Shown here: one piece after another, positions 28,293-37,035 of the stretch
How the letters are laid out: every line of letters starts with the position of its first letter
Numbering within the stretch: the stretch's first letter is position 1
Assembly (NCBI GenBank): GCA_951804945.1
Contig: OX638149.1
Coordinates: forward strand, 106,640,001-106,704,000
Reading direction: 5' to 3'
Origin: Podarcis cretensis
Lineage: Eukaryota
Length of the DNA stretch: 64,000 bases
Made by a program: the position numbers and the translations under genes
Notes under the pieces: generated by a model
What the model was told of the DNA's origin: nothing
The model's input: only the letters and a program-made list of their open reading frames with translations
The model's database searches: none

Positions 28293-31200
28293 CTATTTTC
28301 AAGGGGAAACACACAGATACTTAATGTTTAGTAACTCCACTCAAGTTTCATTATTTATTTTCTTGGTTAAAATAAGAATGGTAGAAACAAGTTTCTTCCT
28401 TTTATCTGTTGAGTAATCCCAGCACGAGAGGGCAATTAACAGCAGTACATGGCAGAACTTCAAAATGCCTATTTTCAAACTGCAAGTTTATACTTGGAAC
28501 TGGGATGTTTCTTGCTTTCTAAGGAAAGACCTGAAATTGCGCACTTTGCAAAACAGGTTGCAAAGCAGGCCTCCCTTCTGTTGCACTGGTAATAAAGGCT
28601 CCAATGCACCTACACTCTTGTCTCTGCTGCTTCCTTCCTGATTGCTTGCCACCTGATCAGCCTGATCTTCAGCTTGTGGGGGGTGGTTTCCTTTTCGTGG
28701 GTTAAACAACATCTTGCATAGTTTGGGTTATGCCTTGAGATTTGTTGAAATGAAATATATATATATATATATATATTAAAAAGTCTCTCTTTTACAGGAT
28801 GCCTTTGATGATGCTGTGAAGTATTTTGGAGAGAATCCCAAGACGACACCTCCATCAGTCTTCTTCCCAGTCTTTGTTCGATTTGTGAAAGCTTACAAGG
28901 TAAACAAAAGTTCAGTTCACTTCTGTTATTCTTACAAATGTGGCCACACTTTCTAACCAAAGGCTCCCTCTGTGGTTTTGTAGTTTCCTTAGCAAATACA
29001 CAGATAGCTCAGTCGGTAGAGCATGGGACAGTTAATCACAGGGTTGTGGGTTTGAGCCCCATGTTGAGTGAAAGATTCCTGCATCGCAAGGGGTTTATGA
29101 TCCTCGTGGTCCCTTCCATATGATTTATATGAAAGAGCCTTAAGGTTCCATCTTTGGGAAACGTGTCCCAGAACAAAGGCCAGATTGAAACTTGCCCAAC
29201 CTCTTGGGGACTGCATTCCAATGATGACTGGGGCAAAATGAAACAAAATCCAACAGGCGGTAAGAGAAGACAAACACACACCAGACATCAGGAACACACA
29301 GCACTCCTGCTGTGTTACACACATTCAGACATGCAGAGGACATGCACGCAGGTATACATGTGGCTGGAAAGATCTGCCACTAGGTGACTTCAAAAGAGAG
29401 GGGGAATAAGGCCGTTAGCGGCTCCTAGCCCTGATGACTATGATCTCCACTGTCGAGGCAGTATGCCTCTGAATGACAGCTGCTGGGAATCACAAGAGGA
29501 CAAATTCTTGAAGAAATTCTTGGGAGAATTTGCCGTATCATGCCACAACAGGAAGTGGCACATCCAAGTTAAACTGACTTTAATGAATTTGTATTTTGCT
29601 GAGTGAGCTAAAAACGAATCCTATTTTTTTGAAGTCGTTGCGAACTCTAACCAGTGTGTGTATTTCATTTAAAATTGTCGATAGCAAGCGGAAGAGGAGA
29701 ACGAGTTGAGGAAAAAGCAACAGCAGGCATTGATGGAAAAACTTCTGGAACAGGAGGCACTGATGGAGCAGCAAGACCAAAAGGTAGCAAACAAACAAGC
29801 CATTAATCGATTTTGGTTACGTGCATTGATAAAGTGGCACATGTTGGTCCAGTGAAAGAGATCGTCTTATTGCAGAGCAGCCGATGTGGTGCAGTCCAGA
29901 TATTATTGAACTCCAGTGGTTAGGGATGATGGGAGTTGTGGAATACACATCTGGAAAGCACCACCTTGGCTGCTGCTGCCTTATTGGCTGAGACTGCTTC
30001 TCTGAGTCTTTGGGATTGGCAAGGAACCAACATTCCAAACAATTTTCTGTCAGGTGTTTTCTCTCAGAGATAACTATTGAAGCTCTCTGTCTCATATAGA
30101 CATTTTAACAAGGCAGACATACAAGAAACTTACAAGGAAACTAGAGCAGTTTCATGTGTATGCCCCTTCCTGTTATTCCTAAATCTCAGAAAGGTGTTTA
30201 TTCTCCTAAAGCCATTGATACAATGCTTGGAATTTGCCCTGTTTGAAAGATGCTTACTGAGAAGTAATGAGCATTTATCTCGGCCAAGCAATTTGATAAT
30301 AGGAAGACATTCAGCACATAGTCACCCATAAGTATGCAGTGACCAAATGTGAAGGAAGGCTAGTCGGAAGAGGCTCAAAGAAAACGCAGTGGCAGAAACG
30401 GCCGTTTTGGGTTGCATCTAGCATTTTCCAGAGTTCTGCTTGGCATATGAGACCCTCTCTTCCATGATAATATATTTTAACAATACAATTAGGAATTCTC
30501 ACCATGCAAGGTCAGGCTACACAAAGTGACTTCTACAGATATTTGCACAAAGCACCCCCACCTCCTGTAATGTCAGGATTGTGTTCCCCACTTTTCCAGT
30601 GTCTTGGCCCTCATGGCAGCTTTACAATTGCCATTGATATTGTGTAGAACAATAAAAAAGAAACAACAAAAACAAAAACGATCAGCATGACAATGTATAA
30701 ATAACAAAAAGTAGCTAAAAGCAGATTAAGTGTTAGGATGTGACAAACAAGACAGTCCACACTTGACATCTAAACAGTAATAATCATGGTGCCAGATGGG
30801 TATGCCTGGGAATAGCAATCCATAATCAGGGAGCCACCACATGAAAGGCCCTTATTTTGATTAACCTCAGAAGGCCAGGACCCCCTGAGACAGGCCTCAA
30901 ACATTGTTCTCTCAGCTGAGAGGTTGGTGTGGGAAAAGGTGGTCTTGTAGATACTCTGATCCCAAACTTTTCAAAGTTTCATAGGTTATAACCATAACTT
31001 CCCATTCCCCCCCCCCCAGAAGTGAACTGGGAGTTAGTGAAAATAAGTGCAGGTGAAATATGTGTAGGGCTGGGGAAAGAAAGACAGGGTTGACCTAGTG
31101 GTTCTAACTCTGTATGGGGCAGGTACCTAAGTTACACCTCAAAGAGAAGAGCAGGTGTTTTCAGCATCTTGTTGGCCACTGCTTTTTACCGTCCTTTGCT

Positions 31201-34200
31201 CCCTTTCAGTCTCCGTCTCATAAAACGAAGAGGCAGCAGCAAGAGCTGATTGCAGAGCTAAGAAGGCGACAAGTCAAGGACAATAGACATGTGTACGAGG
31301 GGAAGGATGGAGCTATCGAAGATATCATCACAGGTAAAATAATAATAATGAGGAGGAGGAAGAGGCTGTTCCAAAGTGCCCCTTCATAGCTTTCACTTTG
31401 CAAAGCTCTAACATAGCTTTTTAAAGTGTTATAAATTGATTTAAGTGACAATAATCACACGTATCAAGTCATTTAACAAATGGTGCACATTATATAGCGC
31501 TCAGGGTTTCAGGCCTGTTCTTTGGCAAGGCCTTGTTGACATAACATTTGTGTATTATTTAATTTCTCCTTCACTTCAGCATGCTCTCATAACTCAAGCT
31601 GTAGACCACGTAGAGCCTTATTAGACGTATTTTTGCAACAGGTGCATGCCTTGCAAATCTTTGAGTATTTTTGATCCATGTGCAAAGCTACTGGTGTTGA
31701 GCCTTGCTTTTAAAAGCTCTTGTTTTGTCCTTCAAGTCCTACTAATAATTGCCCCAGCATTAAATATGTGACGGAGGACAAAATTGTGTGATTTGGATTT
31801 GTTGAACGATTTTGAACTTCAGAGCTGCATATTCCTCTTGCAACAGACTAATACTAGTCCCTTTCTGCAATCCATAATTGAACGCAATAGGCTGACAATG
31901 GCTGGGTCTAATTTATAGCAGCCGTGACAAGTACAGTGTGGGCAAACTACTCCTGCAACAGACAGGTGATTTGCTGAAATCTGATTTAGTGGCTTCTGTG
32001 ACAATCACAGAGTGGATGAAAACAGCAGCAGCTAATTGTTAATAATTTCTCCATAATCAGCAGCAATAAGTCCCTGAGTATGAGTAATACCAAATGCAAG
32101 CAACAAATACGGTGGGTTTTAAAAACATCCATGCACAGATGCATGGATCCTATCCAGCCAGGACTTCACTAGCATCTCATGTCTCATTTTCAGTGGTAAA
32201 TTTATGGCTGATTCCTGGCTGAGACTTCGCCTAGGGTTTACTTTGCCCACTCTGTTGTTATGTGATTTAATTTCACTAAGTTCCAAGAGCAGTCCATCAG
32301 AGTGCGAGAACAGCCATGCAAATAAATGTTGTGCTGAGATAAAAGTGTGCACTTCATCACGCCCTTGTTCATACACCAATTTTACCTTTAAAAAAACCAC
32401 CCCAGTAACTGTTGTGATTTGCAGAAAGATAATTCTACTGGTAACCCAGCCAAACAAATCCTATTGTGGTTAAATGACTGAATAAGGCACCTCAGGGTGT
32501 CTTTAACAAAGCACTAACAATGTACTAATACAATAGATCTTTGCTTCTTACTGTATATTCTGTCTTGTCTGGCTGTTATTTTCCATGCAGTGCTGAAGAC
32601 TGTGCCCTTTACTGCTCGAACGGCCAAGCGTGGCTCTCGTTTTTTCTGCGAACCTGTTCTCACAGAGGAATTCCATTACTAAACTTTTCCTCTTTCACAC
32701 CCGACGCTCTTTAAAAAAAACCAAAAAGGTTGCTGTAGGTTTTTGACATTTCTCCGCAATATAGCTGTTTGAATGGATTAGTGATGTTTCGCATCTCATC
32801 GGAGTCATATTTGACATCGCTCATCTCATTGCATGTTTTTGCCTGTCAGGAACCTTTTTTTGGTTCCCTTCCATTCTCCCAGTGACCGTTTGTTCTACCT
32901 TCCGCATTTCAGAGTCACCCTGTGGGCTCAGCGCCATAGAGCAGCAAGTGATGGAAGTCACAGAAATGTCCTCAAGGCCCATGGTGGCTGCGCTTCAAGC
33001 CAGCCACCACAATTTGCAAGGGATGGTTGTGGGTTGTAATGGCAAATGTGATGGACAGTTCACTTGGCTTTTCTGTGTCTTCTCCTCTGGGCTCTCGCAC
33101 CTCCTTTACTTCTTTGTGACTTGATCTATGTTGCATGAGTCCTGTTAAGCCAAGCCTATCTCTGGAAGCAAACCTAGTATACATCAGTGAGCCAGGCTGA
33201 ATGTTTATGGGCTTTGTTTTATGGCATGTAAAATGAAGTCACTGTTTTGTGATCTGTGAGCACCTATTTCCACATAGGTCCTTCTAACCATCGCTTGCAT
33301 GTTTGTGTTTGCATGTGTGAACAGGAATAAAATAAATGTGGTCGTGGTCCCCGCACCCACTCCCTTTGTTTTTCACACCCACAGTCGTTAGCTTCAGTTC
33401 CATGGCAACTTAATGGGAAATCTCCTTTGAGCCAAGTGGTAGCCTCACTTAAGATAGCATTCTGCCTTTGATCAGTTCAGTCCTTCGTAATAGTGGAGGC
33501 TGGGCAAAAACCAGGACCCAGGCAGACCATGGTTCTGAAAGCAGGTCTTGACTTCTGAGCCCAAGCCATAAGAAATAAATTTTAAATAATTCTCATGCTA
33601 CGCTCATCTAGAGCCAAGAAACAAAGATTGAGGGGCTGGATGAAGAAACTACTCAGGTGGCAGCAGATAAGGTCTAGTGAAGCAATATGATCAAAATTGC
33701 CTTGCCATAGAAGATACCCTGCGTTATTGTCATGGAACTGGATCCATTAACATCTTGCACTGTAGAATGTTTTTAAAAAAGGAGTGCTGTTTACGCTGCA
33801 TGTGTCTGTCAGTGCTGTTGTCTTTGATACAAGAACCAATCATCTTAAAGCAGCACTTCATTTCCTACTGGTGTAATATGTTTTAATGGGGAGCTTTAAA
33901 ATAAGAATGCTGCCTGTTAACTCCTCTTTTGCTCTTTCAAGTTAATTGCTGGACAGTCATCCTGGAGCCAATGTTCAAAGCAGCTTGGAATTTTATTAGT
34001 AAGAGGCTTACGATGGCCACCTCTTTCCTTCCCGTTCTCTTTTTTAACCTTCTTTAAGCCTCCACCTCACCCACTTTTGCTTTACTTGCTAACATGTGTG
34101 GCTTTTTACATTTATTTTTTTAAAAATAAATATATTATTATTTTGCTTTTTGGGCACAGAATTGAGTTGCTCTTCATGTTCCATCCCATTTTTAACTTAA

Positions 34201-37035
34201 CCATCATTCTGTGNNNNNNNNNNNNNNNNNNNNNNNNNNNNNNNNNNNNNNNNNNNNNNNNNNNNNNNNNNNNNNNNNNNNNNNNNNNNNNNNNNNNNNN
34301 NNNNNNNNNNNNNNNNNNNNNNNNNNNNNNNNNNNNNNNNNNNNNNNNNNNNNNNNNNNNNNNNNNNNNNNNNNNNNNNNNNNNNCTGCAAATCACAGCC
34401 AAGTTTAAGATAAAGGAGGGATGACGCTGTAAGCGTTTAGCAGCGTTGCTGGTGCTTTTCGGTCTTTCTTCTGTTGTATGTTTTTATCTGTAGCGTGTGG
34501 GATGGATTAATCTGCAGCTCTTGCCTGTGCTGGATGATGTCACATCACTTAGTGGCTCCTCCCTTTCCAGACTCTTCCACAAGATAGATGTTGTTGCCTC
34601 TGTGTTGTACTGATGAGTCTGTGTTCTGCAGAGAGGGAAGGGGCACAAAGTAGGGTTGCCAACTATTTTACAGGCTCTGTGCTCCTTCTTTTTCTTTTAA
34701 CAGCAGCCCATCAAACAGCAATATAGCATTTCCTGACATAAGCATACAGTGTATAAAGCTTTGCCCGTTCCTTTTCCATATGCCAGGTGGTTCCAAAAGG
34801 CATTTTGCCATACTAAAGAAATGTGGGAACCTCTCAGAAATGGGAGCTTACGTGCAAAGATTTATTTGTGTGCTCTGTCTACCCTGCAAGGACAGTGGAT
34901 TCAGGCACTATTAGTGAAGCAAACCCTAGGAAAAGAGAAAAGGCTGTGTGTGGATCTTATGGCTGTTAGTTGCATCTTAGCAATTAACTATTATTCCCAC
35001 ATCTACTAGCCGCCCCTGCCTCCCCAATTGGGTCTTTGGGAGCCTCCTGTGATTTACAGCCAGTTGCTTTATCCAAAAGACCTCGGGGGGCTGCTAGTGA
35101 ATCCTATTCTTGTAGGCTGAGTAAGCGCTACAACTAAATCTTCCCTGCGAGGGGGGACTGTCATTCTCTTTGCTCCTCTTTTAACAACGGCACCTTTGTT
35201 TGCCTTTCTGCTTCAGTAGCAGCGCTTCCCATAGCAATGGCAGCCATCCTTACACTGTACGCTGCCACTGAGAGCATTTGGCTGGCTTCTTCAAATTATC
35301 AGTGCGGGCTCCGGGAGCATCAGCTATGTTGAGGGGCAATTCCTCTGAAAGTGCCAGTTTCCTGTATCCATCTCATTCTCCTGGAGCAGGAGTGTGCATG
35401 GACCTTAGAATAAAATCTAAGAAAAAACAATGGAGAATAGTGTGTGTGTGTATGTATGGATAGCACCTTCGGGCTGCTATGTATGGGAGTGTGTGTGAGT
35501 AGGGAGTTTATAGGGAACCCTGTTGGTGGAAAGGGAAACAAATTCAGGATAGGTGTGTGCTTTTTGCTCCTGATGCAGCACTGTCCCCAGTTTCAGCAAA
35601 TAATAATAATAATGATAATAATAATAATGATGATTTATTATTAATACCCCGCCCATCTGGCTGGGTTTCCCGAGCCACTCTGGGTGGCTTCTAACAGAAT
35701 ATTAAAATACAATAGTCTATTGAAGCAAATGGGACTGGCCAGGTGGCTGCTGCTCACACCGGCATTGTAGGGTAGGGTAATGTTGTTGGGGCAGCAGCCA
35801 CAAGCAGTCCTACCCACGTCATTCCCTTCTTTTAAGCATAATCAGGACCGCGCCACTGCTAGCAGTGTAGACCAACTGGCTTTTAAAAGTGCCAATGTAA
35901 TACAGTTGTCAAAACTGCTGGCATTAAGCAAGTACAGATTGTGCAAATTGTGAATGGTTTGGTAGGTTGCTGTAGTCTGGAAATCTAGCACAGCTGGGGA
36001 GGTGTGATTTTAAAGGGCTAAGGGACCTCCAGGGTAGATGGGGTTGGGGGGTTGGGAAAGAGGAGCAGTGCTTGCTTATTGTTTTTGCTGCTGCTATTTT
36101 ATTTTAAAAACCTGGAATGCTTCAGATTGGCTTGCTGGTCATACCACTAGCAAACACAATAGATTTGCCTCCTGTGGACAGCAGAAATTGGTAGCATGTG
36201 GGGCAAAGGAGTCGCCAGCTGGATCTACACTGATCTGGAAAACACTATAAAAATATAGCTCTCAATGCAATTTCACATGGGCAACACTACAGCGCATTGT
36301 TGTCCCATTTTTATTTTTCACATTATAACTCACCAGTATAGAAGAGTCTGAGGTCAGTTTGAAGAGGTTGGGAGAATGAATGAAGCCTGGGTCTCAGGGA
36401 AAATTAGTGGCAAGTGACAGCCAACCAGCATTAGCATCTAACCCTGCTGCCATCCTGTCTTGTGTGTGTTTTTTTAAAAAATAACAATAATCCATACCCT
36501 CATTTTCATCCTCCTAAGAAAAAGCATCTGACGCAGATTCATGGTGGCCCCAAAGTTTGGTCCTTCAGTGGCAGAACCCTGGTGTGCAAGCAGCTCCCCA
36601 CCTGATTCTCTCTATACAGGAGAAATCTGATGGAAGCTTTTGCTATGCAAGGAAATTGCGAGATAGCTTCCACAGCAGAACCCTTTTCATACCTAGATCC
36701 GTAACCCTGAATAATGCAGTAGGCAGAAGTCCCATATTAGTAATAGTCAGTGAAGAGAGAGACCCATCAGTGCTGTTCTGCTCGGCTCTCTTGGGAGCTT
36801 AAACAGTCCCTTTTTCTCTTTCGCTTCAAGCTGCTTTGATTGGCTACCAGCAGGACTCTTTCCTTGTCTAGATCCAGAGGCACAGGCTAGCCCGCTTCTG
36901 ACACCTTCCTGCTTCTTCCCCGCAGATCTTAGAAACCAGCCCTACAGACGAGCCGATGCGGTGAGGAGAAGCGTGAGGCGGCGTTTTGATGATCAGAATT
37001 TACGCACTCTCAACGGTGCTGAAATAGCCATGTGA
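683..37035 (+). CDS. FMNL2: Formin-like protein 2, partial spliced gene (5' exons upstream of window)
   Basis: 16 exons with consistent phases encode the FH3 end ([27 protein letters not shown]), coiled coil, polyproline FH1, FH2 ([20 protein letters not shown]) and WH2/DAD (ELIAELRRR...GAIEDIIT), followed by two alternative terminal exons. Tail-to-tail with PRPF40A, as in mammals. Confidence 0.97.
3506..3641. mobile_element. Palindromic hAT-type MITE
   Basis: TIRs CAGGCTTCCTCAACCT / AGGTTGAGGAAGCCTG; near-identical copy at 10755-10884. Confidence 0.85.
4754..4905. other. Assembly gap (152 N)
   Basis: N run. Confidence 1.
5481..5591 (+). CDS. FMNL2: FMNL2 exon ([11 protein letters not shown]...LGLDEYLD), FH3
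   Basis: ttacag| ... |gtgagt, 111 nt. Confidence 0.96.
6890..7185 (-). mobile_element. Degraded tRNA-derived squamate SINE (boundaries approximate)
   Basis: On the - strand, a tRNA-like head with gtcccaggttcaatccctgg B-box; typical tail (cataggaagctg...ggtccatctag on +) with a partial internal duplication. Confidence 0.55.
7247..7385. mobile_element. hAT-type MITE (different family)
   Basis: TIRs CAGTGCTATTTTTCT / AGAAAAAAGCCCTG; perfect 8-bp TSD ggttttct at 7239-7246 and 7386-7393. Confidence 0.85.
9177..9326 (+). CDS. FMNL2: FMNL2 exon ([10 protein letters not shown]...EELEENISH)
   Basis: ttccag| ... |gttagt, 150 nt. Confidence 0.96.
9992..10344 (+). mobile_element. Sauria SINE, full length, diverged from the first copy
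   Basis: Same head and body as 273-636, ccctttaccttt tail, TSD taaacag(g) on both sides. Confidence 0.9.
10755..10884. mobile_element. Palindromic hAT-type MITE, second copy
   Basis: Same sequence as 3506-3641; 8-bp TSD ggttacag/ggttatag. Confidence 0.85.
11730..12550 (-). mobile_element. Retrotransposon remnant with degraded SGNH-hydrolase ORF (Ngaro/DIRS-like candidate)
   Basis: ORF 12378-12175 contains [18 protein letters not shown] (SGNH block-V D-x-x-H context); downstream AATAAAGTTGTGGCC terminus near 11762-11748. Confidence 0.55.
12013..12044. repeat. (TG)n microsatellite
   Basis: direct reading. Confidence 0.95.
13072..13173 (+). CDS. FMNL2: FMNL2 exon ([34 protein letters not shown]), coiled coil
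   Basis: gtctag| ... |gtaagt, 102 nt. Confidence 0.95.
13795..14110 (+). CDS. FMNL2: FMNL2 exon ([10 protein letters not shown]...[16 protein letters not shown]), coiled coil and FH1 start
   Basis: ttgcag| ... G|gtgaga, 316 nt, ends in phase 1. Confidence 0.93.
14857..15051 (+). CDS. FMNL2: FMNL2 exon, polyproline FH1 ([14 protein letters not shown]...VVFNSGLA)
   Basis: tctcag| ... G|gtaaga, 195 nt, phase 1-1. Confidence 0.95.
15413..15690 (-). mobile_element. 3' end of a LINE (L2-like) with (TTG)n tail and a 62-nt tandem duplication
   Basis: tttataccccgcccatctggctg motif twice; related copies at about 8640-8990 and 35600-35720. Confidence 0.6.
16716..16985 (-). mobile_element. Degraded CR1-type LINE 3' fragment (approximate)
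   Basis: gcctggctggatca...tagtccagcatcctg...ggcatccaagttggtggccatc, typical of reverse-oriented reptile CR1 3' ends. Confidence 0.55.
17031..17256 (+). mobile_element. Tc1/mariner (pogo/Tigger-like) MITE
   Basis: TIRs CAGTGGTACCTCGGGTTA, TA target duplication on both sides. Confidence 0.9.
19754..19798. repeat. (GGAA)n microsatellite
   Basis: direct reading. Confidence 0.95.
21532..21656 (+). CDS. FMNL2: FMNL2 exon, FH2 start ([29 protein letters not shown]...ERILE)
   Basis: tttaaag| ... |gtatga, 125 nt. Confidence 0.95.
22049..22248 (+). CDS. FMNL2: FMNL2 exon, FH2 ([16 protein letters not shown]...ICKAIQ)
   Basis: tcctag| ... |gtaagt, 200 nt. Confidence 0.95.
23926..24160 (+). CDS. FMNL2: FMNL2 exon, FH2 ([19 protein letters not shown]...SIQMLTP)
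   Basis: ggccag| ... |gtgagt, 235 nt. Confidence 0.96.
25198..25266 (+). CDS. FMNL2: FMNL2 exon ([23 protein letters not shown]) with GC donor
   Basis: ctctag| ... GAG|gcaagt, 69 nt; joins in frame to the next exon. Confidence 0.93.
25460..25540 (+). CDS. FMNL2: FMNL2 exon ([27 protein letters not shown]), FH2 GNYMN motif
   Basis: ccatag| ... |gtaagt, 81 nt. Confidence 0.96.
26600..26729 (+). CDS. FMNL2: FMNL2 exon ([18 protein letters not shown]...VEKAAA)
   Basis: ttgcag| ... G|gtaaca, 130 nt. Confidence 0.95.
27660..27823 (+). CDS. FMNL2: FMNL2 exon ([16 protein letters not shown]...DDAKIAQ)
   Basis: ctttag| ... |gtattc, 164 nt. Confidence 0.95.
28205..28292. repeat. Compound (TC)n(AC)n(AG)n microsatellite
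   Basis: direct reading. Confidence 0.95.
28798..28899 (+). CDS. FMNL2: FMNL2 exon ([34 protein letters not shown])
   Basis: ttacag| ... |gtaaac, 102 nt. Confidence 0.95.
29000..29125 (+). mobile_element. tRNA(Lys-like)-headed SINE with CR1-type tail, degraded
   Basis: gatagctcagtcggtagagcatg A-box, gggtttgagcccc B-box, tail tgatcctcgtggtcccttcca; reverse tail fragments also at about 20236-20310 and 24297-24357. Confidence 0.7.
29685..29783 (+). CDS. FMNL2: FMNL2 exon ([33 protein letters not shown])
   Basis: cgatag| ... |gtagca, 99 nt. Confidence 0.94.
31210..31333 (+). CDS. FMNL2: FMNL2 exon, WH2/DAD ([20 protein letters not shown]...GAIEDIIT)
   Basis: tttcag| ... G|gtaaaa, 124 nt, ends in phase 1. 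Confidence 0.95.
32591..32682 (+). CDS. FMNL2: FMNL2 alternative C-terminal exon A ([30 protein letters not shown])
   Basis: atgcag| acceptor in phase 1, stop TAA at 32680-32682; resembles the mammalian '...YHY' isoform tail. Confidence 0.92.
33326..33336 (+). terminator. Overlapping double AATAAA, possible polyA signal for FMNL2 exon A transcripts
   Basis: AATAAAATAAA followed by GT-rich tgtggtcgtggt and U-rich tttgtttttc, about 640 nt after the exon A stop. Confidence 0.5.
34214..34385. other. Assembly gap (172 N)
   Basis: N run. Confidence 1.
35598..35720 (-). mobile_element. Short 3' LINE fragment (same family as 15413-15690) with (ATT)n tail
   Basis: taccccgcccatctggctgggtttcccgagccactctggg preceded by (AAT)n. 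Confidence 0.6.
36926..37035 (+). CDS. FMNL2: FMNL2 alternative C-terminal exon B ([36 protein letters not shown])
   Basis: ccgcag| acceptor in phase 1, stop TGA at 37033-37035; resembles the mammalian '...ITM' isoform tail. Confidence 0.93.

Noticed and set aside
29000-29075. tRNA-like sequence
   Set aside because: Acceptor stem and T-loop are degenerate and it runs into a CR1-type tail, so it is a SINE head rather than a tRNA gene
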